Positions 1 through 14,400 of a DNA stretch of 64,000 nucleotides are shown here, piece by piece (positions within the stretch are counted from its first letter, which is position 1; the number at the start of each line of letters is the position of its first letter). Position numbers and translations under genes: made by a program. Below the pieces are notes generated by a model. It was not told the origin of the DNA and searched no databases. It worked only from the letters and a program-made list of their open reading frames with translations. This stretch comes from Zancudomyces culisetae HAW-14-8 (taxonomy: Eukaryota > Fungi > Kickxellomycota), in NCBI GenBank assembly GCA_052426225.1, contig JBNJNM010000021.1:992001-1056000 (forward strand), read 5' to 3'.

Positions 1-1671
1 GCTTTCATATAAGAAGATAGGTTAAAAAATATAGAAAACCAAGGAGACTTACAGTTTTGATCTTTCGAATAAATAAACTGCGAAAGTTTTTCTGCACATA
101 TCTCTGCCATAGTAGATCCATCTTGTTGCTCTCCTGAACCTTTTATACTGTAATCTATTACATTTCCCACCACGGCTGTATTTATCCCTTCATATAACAA
201 TGATGATGCATTGGTGTTATTAATTAGCTTAAGCAGTGGCTCATACAGTTTCTTGGCCAATCTAGGCTCCTGTGGTGCAAGCATAGCAAATAACTTTACA
301 ATCTTTATCACCATCCAATTACTGTCTGACTCGTTTAGTAGCCGATATAATTTTGGTGCTAATGGAAGATAGCTTCTTGGATCTTCTTTTGCCAGCTCAC
401 ATATTACCGTTGCAGTTGCCGAAACAACTTCTATTTATTATAATAATCCGCATTAGTAATGTAGTATTGCCCTGGAATTCCACGTATGCATTATATGGGT
501 AAAAAACAATTTTTTCTATATCAGTTTATATACGACACACAAGTGTACCACCACAGTTATAAAATATATTACTCATTTTCATTGAAAATGAATAGATACT
601 TTAATAAAGGTATTATAAAAACAGAATAACAAAGATTCAATAAAGTTACCGTTATCGTCATCTCCCAATCGTTCCTTAAGTATAGGAATTACTCGGCTAG
701 CCACCTCATTGGACTTTTTCAGCAGTTTGTATAAAACAAATATGGCCTTCTTTCTAATGAATCCAAACTCATGTTTGGAAACCCGTAATATATCTTCAAT
801 GAGATCCAATCCCAAATCTCTAGTCATCAGCTCGTTAAGTCCCTCTAAAGCCAGGCTTACCTCCATCACGTCTCTAGACATCAAATCCTAACATCAAACG
901 TTAATTTTAGTCCATTATGTGCATATCTTTCATAAAAACACACACAGGCAGGTAATAATAGTCAAATATCTTATAATTGTAAGTCAGTTTCCCCCAACAC
1001 ATTCCCTATGATCTCTCCCCCCTACTCATACCGCTATACCCACACCAACCACCAATGCCTATACTACTAGTATTTGCCCTCTCCCTGATATATTTTTCAA
1101 TTCCTTGTCATGTTCCGTTTAACAGTATATATACGATTCTCAAGTAGAGAAACCGAAATAAAAGTTGTAAACCTGCTTTGATTTTGCTTACCTTTCTAAA
1201 GAGATTTGTAGTCAGCATTAAGACTTCTGTTTCTTCATGGAATGACTGGATCGCTGCTAAATATCCTATTCTTTTTTCCTCATAAGACGCTAAGGCCATA
1301 ACTTCAACAACGTTAAATGAAGCCCATTTTATATCATACCCCAACATTTGCAGCTATTCGGTATTTTAATCGATTATAGAATTTGTTCAGCGTTATATTT
1401 CTTCCCCTCCCCCCGCTTGTTTCTGCGTTCATCATTTCAATTTAATTGTAGATAGTAAGCCATTTTGATTATCACCCCGAAAAGTGTCAAGAGATTGGTA
1501 AATAAAGGTACTTACATATATTAGCTTGGAAAGTGCAGTTGACTTGACTTCTGGATCTGTTGAGTTTATCTCTTTTTGTATCAACATCAGGTTTTTTTCC
1601 AGGTACTTGTACTCATTTCGTTTATTTGATCGAAGACCTTTTATAAAGTCTTTAAGGTTTTTTTCGAACAT
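1..1671 (-). CDS. APL5: AP-3 complex subunit delta (5' part; runs off the left edge)
   Basis: Exons 1671-1516, 1353-1192, 887-650, 430-53 join in frame at GT..AG. Product reads MFEKNLKDFIKGLRS..LQMLGYDIKWASFNVVEVM..KRIGYLAAIQSF..VICELAKEDPRSYLPLAPKLY..SNWMVIKIVKLFAMLAPQEPRLAKKL, typical of the delta-adaptin N-terminus. Confidence 0.93.
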
Positions 1672-2068
1672 TGCTATTAAGGGGAACAAGTAAATTCAGG
1701 CTATTGTTTGTACACTTTTCTCTGTTCTAGTCACCATGAAAACTCTTAAAATATTGGATTCCTATGTATTTGAATTTTTTCTAAATGAAAATAAAACGGC
1801 GGCTTACGTAAATAAATAACTGATTATATCAAAATCTAACAAATTGTTGGAAAAGGAAACGGGTTTTGCGTTTATATCAGAAACAACCATTATTATGCTA
1901 TTCTCAAATCCAAAATGTCAAGATACTAATAATCCTAAAGTTTATTTGTGAAATTTAGGAACTAGAACATTAAAAAATGAATTTGGGTACCATTCACCCC
2001 CATGCAATGTACATAAAATAGAAATCTTATTTCGTATAAAATAATAACTAAATCTTTGGAGAAAAAAT

Positions 2069-3620
2069 ATGGATGCACGGTTGATTATAGACGAATTAGA
2101 GACGGAGCTTGGGAGACTAGAAGAATTCGTTTTGAATAGAATTTCGTCATTTAGGCTTTCACTTGGTAATTGTTTATTACATTTCAGAATTTTTTTTACT
2201 CCTTATTTTATCAATATCATTTTTACAACTTTCTATGGGCTGTGGAGTGTTAATTCAGTATAAATCCATATCGTGAGAATGATAACATTTTTTTTTTCTA
2301 CAAGTAGAAAAGTTGAGAAATGTTGTAAACATTGATGAGAAAGGGAACTATGGACTGAAAAGGAGGGATCTGTCAAAGTTTTTTTTAACATCTAGTAATG
2401 ACAAATTAATTAACAGAGGGCAACCTTACGGATCGGCATACAACATAAATACCATCAACCGATCAACTCCAAATGTAAACATAGAAGCGAAATTGGACGG
2501 AGAAAAATACTTTCCGGCAGTCACAAGTACTTCTAGGCATACGGATATTGATGGTGGGGGAAAAATGAATTTCTATGAAAAACCAGGGGCTATCGAGCAT
2601 GTTTCTGTTCAAAAATCACAGGAAGGGATAGAGCACCACGTTGATATTGATAACAAACTTAATAGGAAGCCTGATTTTGCGCAAAGACGAAGTACCATTT
2701 CGGAAAGCAATCACGGCATCTGCAAAGGGAAGAAGAGCATTACCAACTACAATGATACAGTCGCAAGTATTAAAAATGGTAATGATTCCCTCCCTGTAGC
2801 CGATACATTGTCACCAAAAACCCACGATCAAACATGTAAAGGTATACATATACGGATTCGACAAGACTCAAAACTGGAAAGGGACGAGTCATACGATGCT
2901 GGAAACGAGAACTCGCTTGCAATACCTAGCACCATACGATGTAACCAGGCAGAACCGATTTTTCCAGAAAATGGATCTCATAATCACATTGATAGGACCA
3001 TGAAAAAAAGGGTCAAAGTTTCGTTTGACGAATTTTTGAAGAATACTTCAGATAGTGGGTGCTTTGAATCGAATTTGTACAAAACATCTTCACCCCTACA
3101 TCTAGACGTAACTAATAATCCCGATTTTGAGCAAACGCCAGGAGATAGCATAGAGAGATCGGATTTGATATCTACACAGATTCTAAATTCGGATTCTGAG
3201 CCCCTTGTGGATACCATGCGCTCGGATTCTACTGAAAATGAAATTGTGAACAGACTGGTATCACCTAAATCCAAGGTTTATAGGGATGTAGAGAGGGCCA
3301 GTGTCCATTTTAGGGATAATTCCCAAGGTGTTCAAGCCTTGCCAACTACCAGCAATGGAGTTTTTGTACATGAAATGAGTACTGCAAACAGCTCTTATGG
3401 GAGCAAGATTGCCTGTTATAAACAAGACAACAGTAAACTACAAACTAATGAACCAACATTTTACAACTTTTCGGTTTGTACTGAAGAAACTGATCCAATC
3501 CAAACCACATTTAATAATAAAAACCAACTGGACGTTCAGCTGAACAGAGGATATAAGCCATTAAACATATCTCCCAGCACGCCTGAGGCATTTTGGGATG
3601 TGGATTTTCCAGAAACCTAG
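2069..3620 (+). CDS. Hypothetical protein (short N-terminal helix plus long S/N/D-rich disordered region)
   Basis: Exon 2069-2165 (GTAATT donor) joins in frame to 2308-3620 (435-aa ORF). Divergent from AP-3 delta. No domain recognised. Confidence 0.7.
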
Positions 3621-6600
3621 AGCTGAAATGTATTTTGGCGTGATGCATTTTTTGTATAACTTGTCGCTGGGAATCTTTTGACGAATAATTGAAAACTCGG
3701 TTTTTACCTTTCTAATTTATAGTTTGACTTGCTCCTGTTCTTGGCGGAATGTTAATTCTTGTCTAATGCTTGCAAAAATATACTTACATTCTTTGGTGTG
3801 ACCAAGAATGGTGTGCTTGCGTTTTAAAAATAACAGCTGTTCATTCTGTGCTACTGAGTGGAGTTACTTTCATACTTATATTGTTTATTGTCTATTTGGG
3901 CTAAAAATAGAAATCTAGTACACCATGCCACTTTTGTTGTGACATTATTACCGTTTTTTTAAAGCCGAGCAATAAATAATGAACCACATATGACTTTGCG
4001 CCTAGCAGTAGAACATTAAATCAGGATTAACAAAAAAAACGAGTTTTTATCCATTTATATATTCAAACACACAGTTGTACAATCCCTGTCAGTGATCAGC
4101 TGCTTTTTTTATATATTGCAAACACCTTTAAATAATAGACATGTTATACTTCACTTGCTAAGTTGCAAATTAGCTTTAGTGTTTTATTTAAAATCTGATT
4201 CGATTTTACATCTATAAAATATTTGTGAGCAAATGGGAGAAGGAGGGGGGAGAAAATCCACTTTGATCGCAAAAACCAAAATATATGATGTAGTTTTTTT
4301 TCGGAGCATGTGTAATAAATTTCACTTTTCCCCTTATCTAAACAGATTGGCCACACTAGTTCTGTTGGTGGGGGGAAATGAAGGAAGGCTCATTTAGATT
4401 AGGCAAGATGAAGACCCAAAGCATTTTCTCGCTCCCATCAATTCAATTCGGTTAGATGAGGCTTTATTTTCACATTTTGTTGAGTATTCCTATGCTCCTC
4501 ATTTGGTTAAATTTAGTAGTTAATCTTTAATTGTTTCCCTTTTCGGCTGTAATTATAAATTAGGTTAAAATTGACTTTTCAAATTAATTAGAAAGTGGGA
4601 CGTGTAGATTTCTCAACTTACAAAATTTGATTCTGAAGGCTTGAAAATGATTTGCAATAATTCCGTAGGAAAAAAATCAACCAGCGGATGAATTATACCA
4701 ATTCTAGCTCTGACGTAATTAATTGATGGGAATATAGTACATTGCTTGGTAATGTAAAGTCTGTAACAAGTAATCAACCAAAATTAGAACAACCATGTTT
4801 GAAATATGTGATGTTTGGTTTTAGTCTTCTCAAATAGTTGGGACTTTGCGCTTTTGTATAGTTTGAGTGATCACGTTTTCGGATAACTAACGCTATTTCT
4901 GTGAAATTCAACCTTACAGAGTGGTGACGATTCTTTTTCATTACTGTAAACTATGACTTTTTTTAATTTCAGTTAAGGCTCCCATACACATTAGGCCCTT
5001 ATTCTCAAAAGGCGGAATACAGATTTAAAAAATTCTTCAAGTAACACGCTCCTTACTTTACGGTTGGGTTTCAAAACCCCTATCGTTAGTTCCCACAGGA
5101 AAGATCTTTTTAGAACCAACAAGTTACAATTACGTTTAAAAGCTGATGCAGTTACATTAGAAAAATATCATCATTTGGATAAATATGAGAAATCATCTAA
5201 ACGTAGTTGCGTCAGGATGATGTGAAACCACATACTATTTACAAACAAAACTTTCCCTAACTTGGAGCACTGAAAAATTTCAGACATGTTGAAATTATTT
5301 TTTACGTTTGAGTGACATGCTCGGTGAATTTTTGTAAGCGGTATACAAAGAAAAAAAAGACTTTAGCTTAACACATGAATTTTTGTGATATTCCATCATA
5401 AAAAGCTTTATTGAAAATTGCCAATGTTTAAGGCGCTAATTGTGTTATGTATAATACAAAGATAGTGTAATTACAACAACACCCAGATTTGTTAATAATA
5501 AAAACTTAGACACACAAAATTCATGTTGTGTATTAGAAACTGGGATATCTAACACTGTATTTTCTCTTTTTTTTTCTCACCCGAAATGGATATATAATTT
5601 TAGCCAGCAATTATACTCACAGGCAAGTTTCACAAGTAAGAAGATTTGCAAGGTTACCATTTATCACCTCCTCCGGACCCGTGCCCTTATAAAATATGTG
5701 TACTCAGCATAATCCCAAGAATTGTCAATGACGTACACAAGTATTTTAATGAGTTGTTTGTGTTTCGAATTATGGAAGCAAGAACATTTGATAAAAGCTT
5801 CAAAAGAAAAAACACGAGCATTTTATTTCTATGTGTTCGGCGTAATAGCTAGGTTTTGTGGCTCTTTCCACTATGTTGACGTCACGTTATAATATTTTAT
5901 GTGAACCAGAATTTTGATCGAAAGCTGAGGGTGTATGTCAGCATTTTAAGCATCGCTTTCTTGTAACACATTAAGTAGGCTCACAGAGCTGAGTCTATCG
6001 TGATATGATCATTCGAGCTCTGTTTTTGGGTCAATATTTTCATCAGGTTTTTACTATTCGGTTTATCTAATAAAATGCTAACGAACACCAACATATACCA
6101 GAGCGTAAAAATGCTAGGAAAGTATGAAAGAATAAGCACGCTTTGGCGTTTCCAATGGGGAGTTATATTGAATGCACATATCACCACTGCCTTTTATTGC
6201 TTTGCTTTGCTTTGCCAAATTCAACTATTAAAACCAAAAATTGAATTTGATAATTTTAAATATTTTGTTTCAAAGAGTAATTGAATAAAAACGTTGTAAA
6301 ATTAAATTTTGGCTATTGGTTACATTGAAACATTTTTATTGGAAGAAATAGTTCGGTTTGGAATTTTTACACAAGTTAGATCGCATTCTATAAAATGGTT
6401 CTTAAAATTGGAAATGCAATTCTCAGTGATAAACAATATTGCCGAAATTACATCGTCAGTTATAAAACTCAATCCATTTTAGTACAACCACGCCGATTTT
6501 TTTATAGAAATTGTATGTTCGGTTTCTTTTTTTTATAATACATATATAAAAGAGAGAAAAGAAATATAATCAATTAGTCAATGCTTATGGACAGAATTAA

Positions 6601-9600
6601 TAAACATACCATATGATATTCTCCAAATATCACATTTTTTAACAATCTGTTGTGTATGTACACTTATTAAATATATAATATTCAGGCTAATTGGTGCTAA
6701 TGCTTGTGTTTGTACTAATTGCAAAAAAAAATAATAATCTTGAAGATCAAAGGTCTTGTAAGAGTGAATCCTTTATATCTATCTACGCCCCGTATCATTA
6801 GTGAGAAAAACAAACGGGAAAATGAGTATGAAGTTTTGTTTCCATTAGCTTAATTAGCGTACTCAAATGTCCCAACCCTTGAGCCCATGACAATCTATTT
6901 GTGAGTGTATGTTTCTATTTAAAAGCTGGTTTGCTCTAGAAAGATCCAGATTCAGGATTGGTTGTTCTTAGTATCGATGATGATGAAATGATCACAAACA
7001 ACCATTTCATCATAGTAAATGCTGACCCAAAAAGAATATTCTCATGCTACATCAACATTAATCGTGACCACATCGAAAATTTTGTGAAAACAGGCAATCA
7101 ATTAACTTGGTGGCTTTTGTGAGATGTATTTACATTATGTTTCCAGCTGCGGATTTAGACTTATAGTAAAAAACAAATCAGCTACTCGACCGAAAAACGC
7201 CTACTAGAGTACAGGATAAGTCAAGTGTATTGAGGCGCAGTGTTAACAGATCACCATTTTAGGAGTCCCGCATCGTTGATTAAGACATAAGAATTTTATT
7301 TTACAAGGGATAAGCAGGAGGGAATCAAGACTCAACCATGATAACACTGATACAGTATGTATCATACTTTGGGTCTTTTGAAATTTAATTATTCAATTTG
7401 AGGTTGGGTGATTCAGATTAGCGTAGCTATTTTTTTGACATTTTCAAGTCCCGTTGCAAAATTTTCTAATAATCGTTATATTTCAAAGTTTCACAGTTTT
7501 TGTTCTATAAAATTACAATGGCGGTTACTATTTGCAGTACAAAAACAAATTTAATATTGAAATGAAAATGTAAATTAAATAAAAGCTATGAAGCAAAAAC
7601 TTTGTGAATTCATTTTCCGCTTCACCTGAACTGGTATATTACACAAAGAAAAGTTGGTTATACCATAGATTCCAGGCTCTTCGCTTTTTCATGTTTTTTT
7701 TATATAAAATGCCGTGGAATATATCTATTTTTGTTCATAAAATAAGCAATCATCTGTAATAACACAGAAGGTCGGCCTGGGTTGGCGTTTATTTCGCAGT
7801 TTTATTTTTTTTTTTGCTAAGATGCACCTTTAATTGCAGGTCACACGGCAATTTAAAAAAGCATTTCAAAACTGTGTAAAATCCTTACTATATATCCACT
7901 ATTGCTTGCAAATGGTAAAGGTGAAGCCAAAAAAATAATTCTAATGCAATATACATAACCAATTACGTACTATAAGCCTGTACTTTATCAAACTTTATAT
8001 TTAGTACAGAATTAATAATACAAGCAAATAAAAGCTGTATAAACAGTCAACTCAATTTTGGATAAAGTTTTAACTGCGATTAGCTAATGTGTTTACAATT
8101 AGGCTTTCTATTTACGTAAATAGGTAGATAATTGGAATAGATGGTATTAGGTTTTTTTTTGCTAATTGCGTCTGGTTGTAGGGATTATTATCTATTTTAA
8201 ATCCACTTTGCCTTTGCTTGCAGGAGTTTTGTTTATGAGCAAAATAATTATCTGCCTGTTATTTAGAAGGAGCGATATTCCCAAAATACACGAATATTTT
8301 TATATTATTAATTAGAAAAATTAGTTTGATTTGGCCCTTTTCTGATTTGTATTGGGTAATCACCTCTCCTACAACAAACTCTGCCTTTTTTTCGCCAAAA
8401 CAAAAAAAGCGAAACTTAATTACAGAGTTAGATGAAAAGCCAAATCAATTAGCTTGACAATTATACCCAACCTGTTTGTCTGAATTAAATCACAATTCTA
8501 TGAACATCATGTATACATGTATATAGTTAACACATCTGCAGTTATGTGTGTATTTTTTGAAAGGGTAAATAGAAACTGAGTTTATAATACGCAGTTTATG
8601 CTTTTTTCCCCCTTACTTTAGTTTAATTTTTATTATTGCTCACTGATAGAGTTAACTATTAGAATAAAGAACTTTTTTTATTGATAACTATCCTTACAAC
8701 GATAAACAAATATATATTACAGCAGAAGAATTATCAAATTGTTAAAATAAAATTATATGTAGGTTTATCAGAGTATCAATCACAACAATAAAAGGATAAT
8801 ATAGCTGCAAAAGTATCGAAAATAATAGATACCACAGGAGCACCGTGACTAAAACTGGATAGGAAGCCGCTTTGTAACAAAAAGACCACCTTGTAATCTT
8901 AGACTGTATATTTTTTTTAAAGGGAGGGAAAGGTTCATAAAAATTCAACGGTATATCCAGTAAAACCAAGTGACGAATATATCGAATTCTTCAGGCTAAT
9001 TAACACAATATTCAGTGTAATTCGAAGCATCGCAACGAGGTAAGACTGTCACCATTCTTTCATGCATATAGGTATCCAAAAATACAGTTGGGTATTGATA
9101 AATTAAATGTCTTTGACTTTTTTATGTGCTCAACCTTTCGGTGGAGAAGAAGTCTGTGAATCAATAACGAGAAAATGCTAACTTTTAAAAGATTGAAAGA
9201 GTGAGGGGTGAAAGATAAAAGATAAAATGTGAGGAGTGTGAATGTGCGAATAAGTGCAAGTGCGGGTGGGTAGATAAGATGATGCGAATGAATGTAAAAC
9301 CATCATTTTACTTTTGTTAAATATCTGGTTGATATCGCCTCCTTAGCACATTTGATTACTATGTACCCTCTTGCTCAACTTGGGTTGAAAATTTATCCCT
9401 AATTATTACCAAGGGTTTTTCTTTTCAGAGCAAAGATGGGTGTATCATTTAAGTGGGTATATTTTCTTATTGCAGAAATAGTTGATACTGTTTCAAATTC
9501 TTAACCCAGAAAGCATAAAAATAGTCAGGATCGTCGTATACTATGTAAATAAGAGAATGAATGAAGTAGATGAACTCAAATAATTTGATACATTGTTTTA

Positions 9601-11441
9601 GTGTACTTTTTTTAAGCACTATCTCCTTGTTCCCTTCTCCTCTCCACTCCTCACAAAAGTCGTGATCAATGAACTCTTTTTAATTTCGGTAATTTGACAT
9701 TTTAAAAGATGGGCTAGGATAAGCCCAGAAGCCGACTTAAACACTTCTACATTTTTTTCCGCTTTTTTTGCGGATGAAAATAAAAAATCAAGTTTTTTCT
9801 CCATAAATATGCTTTTCATGGTATGTGAATTCGCAATATAAAATATGAAGCTTGTATTAGTTGCGAAACATATCAATTAATTCCGAAATTTGATACCTTT
9901 AGTGGAAATGATTTTTGGGACAAAATTAAAGGGGATGTAGGAAAAAAAATGATGGACGGAAAATGAAGAAAGATGTAAAGAAGTAGTGAAAGTGGAAAAG
10001 GAAATAATGCTGTAAAAATGAATAGTTTAAGTGGCAATTGTTTTACGTTGAAAGTAGAATGAGGACTCAATTTAATCATGTTGTTTAATTTTTTTCTACG
10101 AGAGCCACCAGGCATTGGTTATTGCGACGACTTGGTGTTATTCGTTAATAGTTTGAGTTGAAAATTTAAGGAAATATTGTTTGGCCTGTATGTTATACCG
10201 AGTATGGTATCTTCAGCTTTGTAAAATGAGTATTGCATTTTTCTCATTTTGTGGTCTATTTTTGGACTCAGATGTTTAATTTTTGAGGGCCAATTACACC
10301 TTTTTTTCCAACAAAATATCCCAACTTCAAAAAAGCTATTTTCTTTTTGCAGTGGGATGAATTTTAATTAACATTATTGGTGTAAATGTTTATTATGAAC
10401 ACTATATACATGTAAACCCTAATTTAATTTAATTTAGTCCCATTCCACTGCATTCCATTATTAATTCTAAGCTTGTTGAATAGTTTTTGCGAGGGCTTCT
10501 CCACTTAAGAATGTAGACGCTCATTAGCTTTTCATTTAAAACATGATAGCGAAATACATCAAAATAATTGTATAATGTATAACTATGGGTGGAGAAATGA
10601 GATATCAATCTAATGTAAAACAACTTATCCTAAATACTTGAATCGAGGATTACTCTCGGTGGTACAGAGCGGAAATAAATAGATAAATATTGATAAGAAG
10701 CCTACCCATTGCATCTCAACAAAGATCGATTTAGTTACTATATTAACTTTTTTTTTTGTTAAAAAAAAAAGAATCACAATAGTTGTGAAGGAGTAGGTTG
10801 ATATTAAAGTGGTGGTGTTTGAAATTACATATAACGAAGGTTTTATGATTCTACCTCATCTTACTATCTAGCTAAAACGTCATCTAGATATATTTAAATA
10901 CAGATATCTTCTTATCGCTATTAATAGGAAGATCCCAAGGAAGTTTCAAGTGGTATTTTTAGGTCAAAATACACTTGAGATATGATACAGAAAACATTTA
11001 ACTAAAAAGGAACAAGTACTCCGCTAAATTATTTGAAAAAAAAACATTTTGTCTGCACAGAATCCTCTTTAGTAATACCACTGGGGAAGCGTACATATTT
11101 TTAAACCCAACATTTGATATCAGTAAGGGTGGGATATAATTATTTCTGGATATATGTTTGTATAAATACAAGCGAAAACGGTCAAGTGAGCGCACTAAAG
11201 CAAAAAGTTCGATTAACAGTATAATATAAGGAAACTTCTGAATCACCAAAACTCAACTCGACACTCCTATTAAAGGAACTCACATCTGTGCTCAGTATCA
11301 CTTAATCTTTCTAGGGAGTATAATTTTTTATTGGGTACTAGGATAATCCCATACTTTTGGATCTTCCAAGAACAAATTTCATCTTAAATTCAAAGAAAGA
11401 AAAAAAGACAGGAGGACTTGAGGAAATAATAACAAGATAAA

Positions 11442-14400
11442 ATGAACAGAGTGGGAACGTTGTTTACTAGAAAAAAGGTCATTGGAAAGGAGGGCAGTGC
11501 GAAGGGTAAGAGCGCAAAGGATGAAGGGAAGAGGACTGTAAATAAAGAAGAGAAAAACGCTAGAACCGAAATGCGTGAGAGTCCTAGACAAGACACAGAA
11601 AAGTATGGTGGAAAAATCGCATTGGGTGATTTTAATCTTGATTTTGGTAAGGGATTGATGGATGCCAACCATGATAAGGATAATTACAGATCGAGACTGG
11701 ACCCCAGAGGCGGTAGTAGTGGTGGGTTCTTCTCGAATAGCAGCACTGACATTGACAGCGGGATGGAATTAAGCTTTGTCCATTTTGATACCAACACAAG
11801 CAGTAGTAGTAGTAACAGCAGAGTCGTAAATGAAAGAGTCAGGACGAAGCCAGCTAAGGAAGAAACCAGGACAAAACCAGCTAAGGGTGTAGCTAAAAGC
11901 AAAGAGCATCTGGGTGAGTACGACAATCAGCTATCTAAAAATCTTCTGAGCTCAATAGGAGGAAATACTGCAATATTTGATGATGTTTCATTTGGGTGGA
12001 ACGAAAATGCATCAGATGAAGCCACAACTAAGGGACTGGACTTTGATGTGGGAGGTTATGGCGAAGACTACTTTGGATATATAGGGGACCTGGGAAATAG
12101 TAAAATGATGTTGAACGATAACACAACTTATGGAAGTGGACAGATGGACAATAGCCGACAGGAGGCAGGAGGAAGAAGAAGCGATGACAGAAATGAGGGA
12201 CTGTTCACCATTGATTTTGGAGATGAAGAAAAAGGTACAAGACGGGAAATGCTTATGTCGTCCTCGGAAAATACATTAGGAAGTGAGGAGGCCTATAGTA
12301 GAGAAGAGCACAGTTTGGTTTTGAATACAAAAGATAACCAGAAAAAAGGATCTTCAGAAGCTAAACATACATCGTTTTTCGGGCTTTTTGGTGGAAAAAA
12401 GAAAAAAGACCATCAAGACAAGGCCCCAAAACTTGTTAGAAAAAAGTTAGATGATGATAGAAAGGTGCAGAAACAAATCAACCAGAAAACTTCTGAAAAA
12501 GACGTTCGTCAGGAGCGGATACGAAATCGGGACCAGGAGAAAATAAAAGAAAATGTGGTTGCAGAGGAGAAAATCCAGCAGAAGAGCCGAGAAGTCAAGG
12601 ATGCTGGAGAGTATAAATCTAATAGAATATACGAGGAAAACATGAACAAAAAGAAGAAGAAAATGATAGACTACGATGAAGATGATGAAGATGAAGCAGT
12701 GCCACAAGATATGAGGCAAAATCATAGATACGAGGATGAGCTAGCTAAGATGGCGGAGCTTGAAGAACAGCGCTTGAGAAAAGAGATGGAAAGAGTCAGA
12801 GATCAACAAATTAAAGACAACGAAGAGAGAAAGAAAAACATGGTATATGATCGAATGCGTGAGAGACATATGAGGGAATTTAAGATAAATAATGCCAATT
12901 GTACATATGTGCCAGCGTATCCTACAGAGAACAATATCCCTCAACAACAAAATCAGCAAGGTATTGAAGGAGGTATCGAGAATGATGAATACAATGCACA
13001 CTATAGTATGATGGGTCCTGGGAATTTTTACAACTACCCCGGGCATCCCAATTCTGTGATGCATGGAGAAAACGAGAGTGTGGTTGGTGGTTACAACAGA
13101 TTCACACAGAATCCTGGTTATGGTATCTACTATCCTAACAACATGGGACCCATGCCTGGATATGATGGCGTCCAAGAAGTAGGTGATGGCGACGAAGAAG
13201 GTAAAGGTGTTGCTGAGGAGAGTGACGATGATGATGACAGCGTAGTGTTGGGTAACATCAGGATTCCTGCTGAGCAGAATGTTGAAGAATCTTCTGGTAT
13301 TGAGGCTGTAAGCGAACCAGAGAACAATAGATACCAGAGACCTAAAAAATACAAGGAAAATGCCGCTGATACTAACAGTGAACCACACGAAGATGAGCAG
13401 GAACAGCGATCCAATAAATACAAAAGAGTCAACGCTTTGGCTGTCAACACCACAGATCTCAACACAGAAAGCAAATCAGCTAAACAAAAACACGCTAGTG
13501 GCACGTCTGAGGTAGCGGTTACTGATGAAACAGCACAACCATCTGCCATCTCTACACAAAAGCTGGTTCGCTTCAAGCAAACGGTATCTGTTGTGTTCAA
13601 CTCACCATTATCACCTGAGGTCGCAAAAGCTCAGAGATCCTCAGCACTTTTTGTCAAAGACACTAAATCCGAAGAGTTACTAAGTGCGCCGGCCCCTGAA
13701 GGTGAGCAAGCTTTTCAATACAACTGCAAAAATACTGCTACCACTCGTTCTTTATCTGATTTTTCAAGTTTATCAGAAAAGAACCAAGTTGAAATTATTC
13801 GAAAGTCAGAGAAACTCAAACAATTAAAAGTAGACGATCAGGATGAAAAGAATCAAGATGAAAAGGATCAAGAAACCACCAAGAAACTTGCAAGTAGTCT
13901 TAAGCGTAGTGAAGATGAAGATTCGGATAACAGCCTATATAATGATAGAGAAGTAGGCTCTGCAACACCAGATAATGTTTCAAAAACATCAGAATCCAAC
14001 TCAGGCACTGTATGTTCACCCACGCAATCACATATAGGCCCCGTTCAGAAATATGTTAACCATCAGGAAGCAATACGCAAGTTGGAATCTACTGGTGTTG
14101 ATGGGTATAAGCAGGGTAAAAAGAGAGTTTTGAAGGCTCCCCTAAAATCAGAGACCAGTGTTGATTTCATACAACCCGTACCCACCACGCTGCATCAACA
14201 CATGTCTTATCACGACTTGTCTGGAATCAATAGTACATATCCTAACCTACATATTGCTCAAAACCCCAGTGGAATTTACCCTTACAATACCTATTCTGGG
14301 CGCACCACTCCTGGGCTAAAGACAGTTTCACCAGCTCAACAACTACGCCACACATACAACTCTTCGCCTACAGTTAGCAGCGATCAGTATATTCAAAATA

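Noticed and set aside
4346-4402. Possible selenoprotein tail (..SVGGGK-TGA-RKAHLD*), checked because some early-diverging fungi use selenocysteine
   Set aside because: No upstream exons, no match to SelK/SelS C-termini that I can support, and no convincing SECIS downstream. None of my gene models needs an in-frame TGA.
4973-5225. Two putative exons giving LRLPYTLGP..KSSKRSCVRMM*
   Set aside because: No start or homology, the end is not a proper CaaX, and both acceptors would be CAG, unlike every supported intron here.
6980-7026. 11-bp hairpin ATGATGAAATG/CATTTCATCAT with C-box and D-box-like words
   Set aside because: Too short for a box C/D snoRNA, with no guide or terminal stem; low-complexity ATG repeat.
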